Origin: Phoronis australis
Lineage: Eukaryota > Animalia > Phoronida
DNA: 64,000 nt
Direction: 5' to 3'
Assembly (NCBI GenBank): GCA_002633005.1
Contig: NMRA01000982.1
Span: 16,361-80,360, forward strand
The notes under the pieces are model-generated. The model was not told the origin of the DNA and did no database searches. It worked only from the letters and a program-made list of their open reading frames with translations. Of the stretch, positions 46,561-59,300 are shown piece after piece. The translations under genes were made by a program, and so were the position numbers. Within the stretch, counting starts at the first letter, position 1. Each line of letters opens with the position of its first letter.

Positions 46561-48027
46561 GTGCGCAGAGGAGCTCTTGCGGCAGGCCTTGGAGAGCTGT
46601 ACTGCACAAACCAAAAAGAAAAGTATATAGATGTCGAGATATCAGACGAGCTCACTACTAACCAACGAAGGGAGGTGATAAGTCTGCTAGAAGAATACTC
46701 TGACATCTTTAGTGAAGTACCAGGTACGACCCATCTGGTTGAGCACAAGATTGAGACCATCAGTGGAGAGCCGGTGAGAGTCAAGCCGTATCCCCTGCCA
46801 TATGCCACACGGACCGTTGTGCAGGAGGAAGTTGACAACATGTTAAAGTGTGCAGTCATACAATTATTCGATGCTCCATATAACTCTCCGGTGGTCTTAG
46901 TGAAGAAGAAGAACGGTTCAAATCGATTCTGCATCGATTTTCGTCGTTTGAACGCCATCACCAAGGTTGACTCGGAACCGATGGGCAATCCTGATGACAT
47001 CATGGCTAAGATCAGCAAAGACCAGTATTTTACGAAGATTGATCTAAGTAAAGGATACTGGCAAGTCATTGTCGCCGAAGAATCACGACCCAAGACCTCG
47101 TTTGTAGTACCAAGTGGTTGCTACAAGTTCGTAAAGATGCCATTTGGTCAGGTAAATTCAGCAGAGACCTTCAACCGAATGATGAGAAAGATGTTGGCAG
47201 GAGCACATAATACAAAACATTATGTGGATGACATTCTGTGCCATAATAAGACCTGGACTGAACACCTTGCCACCTTGCGAGACACCTTCCAACGTGTGCG
47301 AGAGGCTGGACTAACGATTCGACCCACCAAGTGTTCGGTTGGAATTCGTTCCGTCGATTTCGTTAAACATGTGGTCGGTGAAGGTCACCTGGCAATGGAT
47401 GAAGAAAAACTGGGACGTATCCGAAATGCACCACGACCCAGAACGAAGAAACAAGTTCGTTCTTTTCTTGGGTTGGCTGGATACTACAGGAAGTTTATCC
47501 CAAACATTGCTGAAATCGCCGCCCCGCTTACTGAGCTCACGAAGAAGAAACAGCCTAACACCATGCAATGGGAAGAAGCTCAGCAACATGCATTCGACAC
47601 TCTTCGAGACCTGCTGACGAGAGCACCCATACTGAGATTACCTGATTTCAGTAAACCTTTTATTGTTCAGATTGATGCGTCAGATACTGGTATAGGCTGT
47701 ATTTTGTTGCACGAGTATGATGATGGCAGGTTCCCAGTAGCATGTGCTATTAAGAAATTGTTACCTCGGGAACGGAATTACTCTGTCATAGAGAGGGAAT
47801 GTTTGACTATTGTATTTGCCATCAGAAAATTTCCAAAGTACTTGTATAGTAAAGAATTTATCATTCATACTGACCATCAACCCCTGGCTTATATTCAAAA
47901 AAGTAAGTTAGTCAATGGACGCATCATGAGGTGGGCTTTGTTTTTGCAAAACTATCGATTTAAGGTTGAAGCTATCAAAGGCTCAGAGAATGGTGGTGCC
48001 GATAACCTGAGTAGGATAGAGTATTGA
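46561..48027 (+). CDS. pol: Gypsy pol fragment: reverse transcriptase plus RNase H
   Basis: RT motifs SPVVLVKKK, RFCIDFRRLN, KIDLSKGYWQ, MPFG, YVDD and FLGLAGYYRKFI; RNase H motifs DAS, YSVIERECL, TDHQPL and ADNLSR, followed by a stop. Confidence 0.93.
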   Translation: MRRGALAAGLGELYCTNQKEKYIDVEISDELTTNQRREVISLLEEYSDIFSEVPGTTHLVEHKIETISGEPVRVKPYPLPYATRTVVQEEVDNMLKCAVIQLFDAPYNSPVVLVKKKNGSNRFCIDFRRLNAITKVDSEPMGNPDDIMAKISKDQYFTKIDLSKGYWQVIVAEESRPKTSFVVPSGCYKFVKMPFGQVNSAETFNRMMRKMLAGAHNTKHYVDDILCHNKTWTEHLATLRDTFQRVREAGLTIRPTKCSVGIRSVDFVKHVVGEGHLAMDEEKLGRIRNAPRPRTKKQVRSFLGLAGYYRKFIPNIAEIAAPLTELTKKKQPNTMQWEEAQQHAFDTLRDLLTRAPILRLPDFSKPFIVQIDASDTGIGCILLHEYDDGRFPVACAIKKLLPRERNYSVIERECLTIVFAIRKFPKYLYSKEFIIHTDHQPLAYIQKSKLVNGRIMRWALFLQNYRFKVEAIKGSENGGADNLSRIEY

Positions 48028-49350
48028 AGATAATTTCATGGAAATTGGGTAATAGATCTAAGTGTTAATCAATGCAATTACAAATCAGAGGGGGTTAAAT
48101 TAATTGCTCAATTCAAATATGGGTCAAATCCAGCATAATCAAGTGCTCCATCTGAACGTACATGGCGATGTTTCGAAGTTTTGATCTACTGAACTCGAAA
48201 AAGCATCGAAATGATGTCTGATACGAAAAAAAAAATAAAGCAGGTAATTGGAAAGCCTGTCGCCAAGACAAACCTACGTACAAGTATGTGACGACCAGGA
48301 CGTCATGAGTCTCAATTTGGTAGTAGACTAGCATCACTTCTACAGGCCTATATCTATTTAACAAACGATCAGTCGATAAGTTTAAAAAGGTGGTTGCAGC
48401 GCTTGAGTTATTCCACATACGTCAGCAGAAAAACATACTTTTCGAGACAATTGTACGCAGGTGTAAGCAAGCTGCGTTTCCGCAAACACAGAAGACTGAG
48501 CCCTAGGCGAAGCGGTGAACAAAAGCATTGGTTTGAGTGCAAGTTCGGTAAGCGGTATGTTGGGGATGGGTGATTACATGAGAGGTGGACGCTTACGTGG
48601 AAATTCGCACAAAGTAAGGGATGTGCGATTACCCAAGCAGTGGGCGCTTAAACTGAAAATTGACCAAAAGTCGGGATGGACAATTACACAGGCATGGGCG
48701 TTAACCCGCCAGTTTACGGTAATTGAAATGGAACATCTGACTGTGATAATGATGAATCACATAGTTTTGATTATGTGCTTTTGTTATACATGTGTTTTAA
48801 GCAGTTAAACCACCAAATTGTGTGACCACTAAGGTATGTGTGAATATCTATTATTTGTATTTGTATTTATGCATGTGAATTGTTATGATAGGCTGTAGTT
48901 TCATCCATCATGCAGTCAACGTCGTCAAAGCAAGAGGAGTCAACAGCATACGTCGTGTCCACGCAAAATTGTCCATGTCATCTGCACACAGCAGGTACTT
49001 TATTGCAGCAGAATTCTTGGATTCAAATGCAAAGATGTTTCTATACTTACAAGTTGGTTTAATTTCCAACAAAGTACTGTAAACTTTTTATGGCAGTTTG
49101 ACGTGAGTGTCTAGGAGTTATACTACACATCTGCATAAATTTGTCACTGTCTTACCACTATACTTGGAGTAAAATAATAACAAGTGAAGTAAATTCTGAA
49201 TAGAACTAACCAACACCTTTTACCGACAGCTTTGCTGATGCAATTTCCTTATTTGTGTGTGCATTTAGGAGTTACTGGTGCATACCTGAATAAGATAGAT
49301 TTTAGATTAACAGTTTCTGGTACGAAATTGATTGCTTGATAACGCATTAA

Positions 49351-49740
49351 AGCTCTGCATTTTGGGAAATTAGTAGGGGGAAACCAGTTTGTGAAATTGG
49401 CCGATTGGAATCGCTAAATGATGTACTTGGGGTTGTGATCTTGATTTCAAGCAACTTGAAGAAACTGACTGAAAGTGCATGCGTGCATTTATCATAAGTG
49501 TGACGGACATTAGAAACTCTGTGGTAACCACAGAGTTTTCCTTCACACGTATCATTCAAAATTGTGAATTTTGTGATTTATTTCCGAAAATTTTCTCACA
49601 TGTTAAAGTGAAATGATCTACTAGACGTCAGCAATTGTTGACGAACATTCAGATTTTGGTTTGAATATGTAGTAAAATTTGTGCGAATTTCATTATTGGC
49701 CCCAGTCATGTTAGCTTTTAGCTTCTCACAGTTAACCACT
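49351..49740. mobile_element. TTAA-flanked non-autonomous element related to 9748-10308
   Basis: TTAA-AG...CT-TTAA boundaries and a shared internal block in inverted orientation. Confidence 0.4.
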
Positions 49741-51599
49741 TTAAAGAGCATTATATGAATATGCACTGTACCAACTTTAGTAGATGTGCTCTCAAAATTG
49801 AAGATTTCGAAAGCGATTTTGGTATAAGTTTGTACACAAATGTTTACGAATTCTAGCTGTGGCTCAATTTATGCTAGGTTTTTGGCTTTCATATTTTATC
49901 AAGTTATAGAACACCTGTTTCTTGTAAAATATTTACTGACTTCTCAATAAATGAAAACTTGTCTGAGCATGTTTCACTGCTAACCAATAAACTTATAGGT
50001 AATGAAAACTTTTGATTGGGATTTTTTGGCGAATCAACTTAACCTCCACACAGAAAATTGAGGGGGGTAATAATTCTTCAACTTCAATTATGTCACACAA
50101 AATTTCTAGGTAAGGTCCATTTCGTTTATGGGCCTACAAAGAATTCTGGGCTTAGAAAAATCAATTATCTTTAGAATGCACTGAGATAATTCCTTGAAGG
50201 ACATGTTTAAACTGGATTGATAACCCGAAAATAAGTCGGAAACATTAAATATTAAGCCAAAATGGATGGAATGTCACTAATTTAAATATACATGTACACT
50301 TACACACACCGGTATATACATGTACATAAAGAGTAGGCCCCTATGCCTTCGTTTTGTGAAGAAAAAAAAACGAGCGTCAGTTCCAGTCTTTCTGGTGCCA
50401 GCCAGAGTAAAATCACATTTCGGGTACGTTGAATTATTTTCAGTTTGACGTTATAAGCGGTTTACATCAGACCGGTAGGATGACAATTTTCCGGCAGGAG
50501 ACGTCTCGCGCTAAATAACTATGACAACGAAATGTCCTTTTATTTGACAGATCCGTGATCAACCAAGAATACAAGCAGTTTTGCAAGAACGTTTAACTAA
50601 AAATAGGATACTGAATTCTCAAGTTTTTCTAAAGATACCAAGGGCTTCAATTTCTTTGGTCAAGAAATAATTTTCTTCGACATTTTTAATTTTTGCGAAT
50701 TGTCAAGACATTTTTGATAGGCCTACGAATTGATAAATGTAACTGTTATATGGTTTGATAGGCACCTTATTTCAGTTCACGCAGGATACTCGTTCGTCTT
50801 GTTCCCGCATGAAGTAAGTAATTTCTACTACATATATATTTGCAAGTTCCTTGATATACAACACTATGGAATATAACTGACTTTAAAAATAGTCTTGTTT
50901 ATCAAGGATTGATCTCGGGCTTCATTTTCGGAGCGCTCCACGCGCTTAGGACGCATTCAAAAATTTTTAATCTGAAATGTTGTCCTTGCTAATTCAGTTT
51001 CCTTAGCAAGAAAGTGTAAATATTTTACTATAATTTTTACCCATTGTAGCTGTGATGGTCCATTTTTCCCACGGCGTGTGATTTTGTAAAATGATCCTAG
51101 AGTTTTTAATACTTTTCCTGACTCTAGCTAATTATTCCGCTTACTGGAGCTTTGTTAACCCCATTTTGAACATTTTCTTTTTTCCGAATCTTATGAACTG
51201 AATTTCCTGGACAAAACAAGGTTTCCAATTTCTGTGTTTTCTTTTAGTGTACAACATCATCATGGCATTTTGTAAGACTTTTCTGAAAGCTGCGCCTGTT
51301 GATATAGAAAGGCTATTTCACGCAGGACACCTACATGTACATGTATTTTCTCCGGGATCATCGCCTTCGGTCAGAACAGGTGTGCGTCGATTATTTTAAC
51401 TTATTACGTACATGTACTACATCAAACAATATTGCCTTACTGGTAATATACCCAACCGAGTATTTTCACCCACTCGAGTATTTCTGACATATTCTTGAAG
51501 GAAATTCAGTATAAGCGAAAAAAACACTCAGATCGAAGTCGGCGACGAAGAGCGTCTTCACAGCGACGGCTCTAAGGTTGGCAGATTCGTGATCAGAAA

Positions 51600-52573
51600 C
51601 TAACAGTAACCACCTTCGTCATTTGTACAATTGAGCAAAGGGCTACTTTTCTCGGTGACCACAGTTGAAACGGAAAGCTGTTGTATAGCGTCTCTCAGCT
51701 CATCAGCATGCGTAACTTCATACTTCATTGGGGGCGCGCGTGCATCATGACGTTGCGTTACCATAGTCGCGTCCTTTTGCAACTCGTCCAGACGGGTTAG
51801 TAGGAGCGTCTTCAAGTCAAGAATTTGCGCTTGCGATCCCAACTTGACTACGTTTCGAGAAAATTCAATACTCGAAGTAAGTCTACGCAACGCGAATTCT
51901 GATCCTTTCTTCAAATAGAGCAAATCTTGAAATTCCTCATCTGATGTGTTCTTCAGGCCCAGTTTTAACATTTCTCGACGCGTTTGAAGTAATGAAATCA
52001 AACTGTCGATTTCCGTATCTATAAGCCGCATTCCGTGATTGTAGCGTTTCCTAAGTGTATTCAGCCTGTCGTCGGCATCAGACAAAGCAACCTTCAAACT
52101 GAACGTGGATTCGTCACATTTGTGCAGTGCATCAGAGATGTCGGCAGCGTGCTCCGAATAGACCTCCGACGTGTACTTACATTCGTGACCCACGCATCGC
52201 GTGAGAGCACAGTCTCTGCAAACAACCTGGTCGCACGTCAAGCAATAGAGTTTTAGTACCTCGCCGGCATGAATTTTACACGATTTTGGTTTTCTCCGTG
52301 GTACGTTTTGAACGCTGTCCAACGCCTTCACACGCAACTCGCCGATCGTTGACATCGTGTGGTATTTCGTACTTCTGCACTTTGCATGTGCCTCGTAGTG
52401 AAGAGGACAGAGGTAGTCAAAGCATTCTTCACAAAAGGAAACCACATCAGTCATTTCACCAGCGCCATCACACAGTGAGCAATGCAGACTTTTATTTTCC
52501 GACGAATACTCGTAAATTGACACCTTCTCCAACATGAGAGTGATGTAAAAATTGTCCTTAAGACCGTCTACGC
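51600..52573 (-). CDS. TRIM-family E3 ligase, exon 3 (B-box 1, B-box 2, coiled coil)
   Basis: Acceptor tttcctttcag; the phase-1 join gives EGVDGLKDNFYI. Contains CSLC...FCEECFDYLCPLHYEAH...H, then CKIH...YCLTC...CRDC...H, then a helical heptad region. Confidence 0.9.
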
Positions 52574-53028
52574 CTGAAAGGAAACGGCTCGTGAAAATTC
52601 AAAATTAAAACGCTTGACCGCCATACAGTGTAGTGCTGCTACATTTATGTTTTCGATTCACAGGAAAACACCAGAGAATTATCTTCAAAAGCCTTTAAGG
52701 TACACGATTCTTCGTTTTCATTAAATAAGTCAAGTATGAGCAATTCACTTCGGCAGATATCCCCAAAGTGGAACATTTGGTGTAATTATAGCAGTGTACT
52801 ACATGTACATGTATATTACTAAGTTCATGACAGCTACATGTAGGTTCAGGGTCATGCAACTGTGGCGGCAATTTCAATTGTTAGTTGTGCATCACCAGAA
52901 ATTAAAGATCTCTTTCAAAACGACGTCATGTGAAAACTAAAGACTAATTAAGTTTACGCTAAAGTTCGTTTTATAATGTATTCACTATCGAAAATTTTAT
53001 TTTAAAACTCCATTAAACGTAGGCCTAC

Positions 53029-53236
53029 CTTCGTCATCTAGTTCGATTTCTTTCGTACAAGAAGGGCATCGCAGCACGTTATTTTCTTCGCAGTTCTTCA
53101 AACATTTTATACAGAACGTGTGTAGGCAAGGCAGTAGTTTGGGATTGTCAAACCTTTCCAAACAATGATAGCATAACAGTTTGTCTTCCGTTGCTGCACT
53201 TAATGTCGTCTGCACTAATTCCTCCGCGTCCACTTC
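53029..53236 (-). CDS. TRIM-family E3 ligase, exon 2 (C3HC4 RING)
   Basis: CYHCLERFDNPKLLPCLHTFCIKCL...CPSC. Acceptor ttttttgaacag, donor AAG|GTAGG. Confidence 0.9.
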
Positions 53237-53319
53237 CTGTTCAAAAAATGAAGTCAACAGTTTTAGTCGATCACGTTTCCCACACGAAAAGCGAGATCAC
53301 GCAAGTTTTCACGAGATAC

Positions 53320-53325
53320 CGCCAT
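53320..53325 (-). CDS. TRIM probable initiator exon (ATG GCG)
   Basis: ATGGCG|GTATCT followed by an 83-nt intron gives MAEVDAEEL. No other in-frame ATG precedes the RING. Confidence 0.55.
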
Positions 53326-56300
53326 ACATTACAGCCAAAGCACACGATCCCACTGTAGTTTCTGCAATGCAGTCCAGATCCGAGTAAGTGGTCTCTGTAT
53401 TCGAAACTCTTCTCGAAAATTATTGGTATGCTTTGTGTCTTTAAAAAATTGTAGTCAATGCAACGTGAGTGGTCTTAGTTCCATCCTTACTCAGAGAAGT
53501 GATTTTTGGTCATGCAAAGAATTTGCAGTTTCGTTATTCCTAGGTATCGTGCTTTGTGAATGAAATCGACACGGCATGAAAAGTCAGCTCATAGTGCCTC
53601 GTCTCAAGCATAGCGAACTGTCAGCTCTTTCCAAGCCCCAAATACACATCTGTTTTGACTAAAAATAATTTGAGGCCAATCTCACAACGAAAGATTAGTT
53701 TTGTAGCAGAAGGCGAGTTCAAGATGGCTGCAAGACTATATCTGGGATTATGATCCAAGATTTGTGTCGACTTAAATTGTTCCGCTTTTACCTCACAAAA
53801 ATGTCTTGGTTGGCCTTGTGTGAAGTACACAGGGGCGGGNTTGTCCCCCTTAATCCGCTACTGGTACATATGAATCAACCAGAGGTTATTACTACGTTAA
53901 CTGTGCAAAATGCCTATTGGATGATTAGAAAAATGAACTCACTTGTCTTTCTAATTACATGATATAATAATACAATGGTTTTTAAATGCATAAGCAGTGC
54001 TGTTTGCTAACTCGCTCAACTTAAATTAGCAGTGTAACTGAAATCACCAATCATCGTCGGACGCGCGCACGCAGAGCTAACCATGAAGTTTTGTTTGCAA
54101 AGGGGTTGTTGTCAAATAATCGTGATAATCAAAAACAATTTTGTTTTTTGCAACCTCGCAGTGAATAGTGACACAAATTGGGGCACCTATAGCCGTTCTC
54201 CAAAAGTTCAATCAAAAATAAGGTCCATTAAACCCATGTGCTTTCTGTCAAAAACAACTTTTGATTTAGGACACTGGCAGTTAAAATAGTCATAGCATGG
54301 CCCTTACTCGGTCTAAAAGGGACATTTGAGCTCAGTCAGAGAGAATTGACAATTCGTCATTTCGCTAGAGCAGGGTCATTAGTATCAGGTCGCGGCAGCC
54401 TTGACTGGAAAGTTTGAGCGTGCTAACACGCTAGGCCGCTTCAGTTTCCTCGATGTTCTCGCTAGCTATGCCTGTATTGTTGACCTGAAGAAGTCCGTAT
54501 ACAACCCATGTTCTGGCTTTAAAAACACTTTATTATTTAACAGGCGTAATTTATACGTACGAAGCAACGTCATCGCTGATTTGTTTGAATTGAAATTAGT
54601 TCAAATAAATGACCGAGGACCGTTGATTATCTCAGTACTATCTCAATTCTTGACAACTCAGAAACTCAACCCATAGACAGAAGTCGGGGCGTGGGCTGAC
54701 GCTTGGCCTTGCAGTACTTCTCAAGTTTTTAAATCATGTCTAATTTGGGTATTAGGAATACGACGAAACCCGCAACAGTAAGTGCACGTCCAACACAAAG
54801 TTGATTTGGTCAGAAGGGTAAGGAGCCGTTTATTGCGGATGCTGTGGTTTGTGATCCATCGCTTCTAGCAACTATCCCTGCACTGCTGGCACGGAAAAGA
54901 CTAATAAAACTATATGGGTGTGGCCATCGCCATGCCGGATTTTCCACATAAGGACATTTTCAGTTTTGGAATACAGCGTTGGTAGCTACCTGTAAGCCAA
55001 TTTATCATATGAAAATCCAGAGTATAATAGATTTGCAAGGAATAAAAGTGACAATAGCTTATTATACACTCACGTGAAAACCACTGTCGTGTATCATCCC
55101 AGGTGTCGTGCCAGGGACGAGTTCCATGTTTTCTATCACTACAGTAGGCCTACTGTGTCCAGTCTAATGTCACAGGTCACAGGCCAATTCAGTTCCAGAC
55201 GCGGACACCAGCGTACGTCAACCTGTTTCAAGAAAAACATTCTGCTTTATTCTCCATCCAAGATATACAATTAAGAGAAATCAGTGAGCTAATAAGCCTA
55301 ACGTGTTTCCTTGAATATCCTCTGAAGCAGCAGGGAATACAAAGTTAAATATCAGTTATCCACCTGAATCAAGATGCGCTCAGTGTTTTCATTATTTCAC
55401 ATTGAATGCGAGAGGCGTGCGGCACTATGCGAGTTCAACCTTCTAAAAGAAATCAGTGAATAGCTGTCGTGTCAGTAACAATAACTGCCACAACCAGTTG
55501 AAGAAGTTAACTGTTAGTCGCCCTCTGGCTGGCGAGAGGTCGGACTGGCGTTCATATCGAAGCACGCGTTGTAACAAAAGGAGTGTCTTCGAGATGTTCA
55601 TGACAAACTTTGATGCACATGCGCGTACTGTGCTGCAAAATATGCGCTTACTGACATATACTGAATTTGACTATGAAATATACGTCCCTTGGAAGAAATT
55701 TATTTCTTGTTATCTCAGGTGTACAATGTACAGTATAACGATAAAGTATCACAATACGCGTGCTCCGCGCCCCCAGTCTCATCTTATATTGTACAACAAA
55801 ATTAAGTTTATCTCAATCTTTATTTAGTGACCTTCATTTTAATTCATAAATCAAAAACTTAACCAGGCTATGTCAACTCGTAAAACTATGTATTTTCTGA
55901 AAGAAAAAATATCAGAGATTATAAAAATATGTTTTATATTTATATGCCATTATTATTATTTTTACAATAAGAATAGTACATTCATAGCAGCATAACGCTT
56001 TGGTCGATTGTAATGAAAGCCTGCGAAAACTTCACAACTTACCCTAAAAACTTTGTTAGGAATTTTACTACTGATGTTATTCATTTAATTTTGTTTCTAT
56101 GTCAAGTTAACTTGCAAAACGTTAGGTATTTTTGTAAGAAATAGGAGTCGTATCCGTCTACCTTATTGTTCGAAAAACTAGGCGTTTAAAAGGAAACCCC
56201 TAACAGCGTTTTTAGATTGGTGAATAAATCTTAAAATCGGAAAGTTTCAGTGGAATCTACCGAACCCGGTTTTCGAGAGCTCGTTTTCCTAAGTTCAAAT

Positions 56301-58719
56301 AAAATCGACTTGGCCGAAGCCGAGAAAAGGCGGAAAACGTCGCGAGTTTTCAAAATCTAACAATAATCGCTTAATTCTTCGATGAAAACTCGTTTTTGGT
56401 CACTATAAATTATACATGCCTTAACCACGTTTGCTAATTCAACATTCACTCAATGTCAACTGAATTTGCACTGCGTAATTAACTGAATTGTCACTAAGGC
56501 GTTATAATTTTGTGAATGTGCCTCGAGTCAAGCTAGGTCAAGGCGGGGTCAGTTGTTTTAACTTAAAAGTAGGTCAACAGTTCATTGCAGTACACTCCCT
56601 GCGCCCGAGAGACTAATATAAATACAAGAACAAAATGGACAACAGAAATAGAGTCGGTACCTTAAGCGCACCGTGACGATATTGAAACAGCGAAATGTCA
56701 AATTATCGATAAAATTAATGAATTTGGATGAGAATTTATCTCTTTTCGCAACTTGCTGCGATCATGACCACAAAGTAACAGAAGCGGCGCGGCGGACTTG
56801 GACTCGGTGCATCGTTCTCAATGATCGTAAGCATGCAGACGTACAGCTCCCTAAGGATCAAAACTATTTTTTGCCTTCGTTTTCCGCGGCATCTTTCTAT
56901 CCTGTGTGCACATTGTAGACTCGATGTTATCAAAGCGACTCGTTGAATGACAGGACTGAGCTAGGGTACATAGATGTACGGCACTGATCTGTGGTTGGCA
57001 GAACATTCAGTTTGAGCGACAGCCCTGTAACCTTTGACCTCAAACTTCCACGCGGTTCAAGGTGGTTCCATTAAATCTTTTTTCTCGCTCCACGGCAAAT
57101 ATTTCTTATTTGAAGTTCCCCGAGAATGAAGATAAGGTGCTTTGCTAGACATTTCTGAAATATTGTAAAAACGGCCATTTTGAATAAGGTTTGAGATATT
57201 CTCACGGGCATTTCACTCAATATCAGTCACACTTATTAATACGTTAACGATGAAGGTAATTCGCTTGTTTAATGTGACGTCATTTTGATGTGCCCCGTAA
57301 AATAAAATGAAAATGCCAAAAGTAAAAAAAATGTGATAATAATTAAACCATATTTACGTAGCTCTGTAAGTTACTAGCCACTTCGAAAATTGTTACATGG
57401 CTATGGACCAGGTCAATTACAATCCTTTTGAATTCTCCAGGAGCATACAATGGGTGCAGTCGTTGTCGGACAACACCGAGTAATCAAAACACATAATTTT
57501 GTAAAAAAAACTTTTTTACTAGGACGGTCCAAGTGGTAAATTACCCCCCGTGGTTACCTGAATCGGAAAAATATCCAAGACCGGCAACATTTTCTAAAAT
57601 GTAATGTGACTGTGCACATCTATTCCAATTTTTGGGTCCAAATCGCATCATAACTAGTGGCTAATACGCGATGTCATTAAACATTCCAATAGTTATGCCG
57701 CGGCCTTATGAATACGTGCAAGTTTTTACTCGACTCATACGAACTGAATACATTTGCGACCGAATTCTGCTCCTCACAATCCGACCCCTCCTAGCAGATC
57801 CGCTCTAGGAAACGCCTATCGGGGCATTTCAGGTATATCTTAACCTCAGCCGGGCAATTTTGTTTGCAACTTTGTTTTGAACAGTACCTTTGTGGCGTCA
57901 TGGTTCCCAATCGGGGGTACACTCGATGGCGGCACCGCATAAGAAAAGTGGGTGGGCGGGTGAAAAGCAAAACAAAAGCACCAAAAGTGTCTCAACTTCG
58001 GAGCATCATATCTCACAACTGGCATTTCGGATTCATATGAAACCTTCTGGTACTATGTCTTATACATTGTTCACCAAATGTTGTTTTTAAAATGTTCCAC
58101 TTGCCACGAGAAGCTATTAAAAGTACAAAAATAAGGAGTTTGCCAATAAAAACTCAAAAACGTTGAAAACCAAAACGAACTTATGATTTAGAAAATTTTA
58201 ACAGCATTCTTGAATATCCATATCAAACGAAATTTGGCCATGCCGTTGATACCGATGTTTTGCTATGAATGTACCTTCCTTTTTTCTAAATTTTACTAAA
58301 CAGCTAAGGCGACGCGACCCTCAATGTGGGATTGGTATTTCCTCCAGAAGAAATATGACATTTTTTTCAGAGTTAAAACTTACAGTGTTGTATGTAAGTA
58401 TTTGACTAAACAGGGCAGACTTCATCGACAAGGACCTACACAACTTTAATCACAATTTCGCACCTACCCGTTGCAGCTATTTAGGATGTATGTGCTACGC
58501 ACACTCCGTCACAAAACCCAAGAATTACGTTTACTTACCAATAAGGCTAGGGGTTATTAACAGTGACGCGGACCGTCCACCTCAGTCTCCTATACAACTT
58601 GTTATAGTGAGTAACGCAGGATGCAGGTGCCGAACAAATCATGCGCATCTCAGTCGAAGCAGCTGTGCCTGGTTAATTTTCTTGTACGCCTCTCTTTATT
58701 TTTTAATGAACATGCAGTT

Positions 58720-59300
58720 GTGGTGGGGTTAGAGCATAAAATCTTAATGGAGTTTTTGCAGCACTGAACACGCAACACTGCGAACGCCGAATAGTAATGC
58801 ACGAGGTTGATTGATAATCCACCGCTGTAAAATTGATCTCAGTTAGTTCCTTATCCACACCAGAACTGCTTTGTACACAGGTTTGCAAAGAATTGAAAGT
58901 TCATCATTTCTTAAATCCACATCACCACCTCAGAGCGGTTTTTTAGGAATAAAATTGAAAATTAATTATTCACCATTTAAACCATGCTCGCCGCAAACAA
59001 TGACACGCAGTGACAAGCCAACTTGCAGAGCCTGGTCTCAACAATACAGAATTGTCATTTTTTCGAAGTCCTGGGGCCTGTATCGCGAGAACAAAAATTG
59101 TGGCCCTTGGGTGAATCTCTCCACTACCCCCACAATTTGCAAACTGGAGTTCTAAAAACAAGGGTAACAGAACATACCTCTACACTGGATTTCACCAAAA
59201 TTTTATTTACACCTCAGGCTTGAATGTGACACCACTAATAGACACTAAGTTCAGTTGGTCAATCATTGTAGCTTCAATCCTAGTCCTGTGCACCTCACAA
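58720..59300 (-). pseudogene. Highly decayed BTB-BACK (kelch-like) fragment
   Basis: Ordered fragments IEATMIDQL, LQIVGVVE, FNFIPKNRSEV and LRNDELSILCKPVYKAVLVWIRN* resemble BTB/BACK motifs, with many stops and frameshifts. Confidence 0.3.

Larger units (their letters stand above)
45468..48094 (+). mobile_element. Deleted Ty3/Gypsy (probably Gmr1-like) LTR retrotransposon: 5' LTR, PBS, RT-RNaseH, PPT-like tract; no 3' LTR seen
   Basis: LTR at 45468-46367 (TGTCAGA...TCTGACA), PBS at 46370-46387, pol fragment at 46561-48027, and AGAGGGGG at 48087-48094. Confidence 0.88.

Noticed and set aside
46338-47093. 251-aa minus-strand ORF
   Set aside because: Antisense shadow of the RT frame.
48620-48721. 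TGGGCG-repeat segment ending TTTACGGTA, like a mariner/pogo-type MITE end
   Set aside because: No matching opposite terminus was found, so boundaries cannot be supported.
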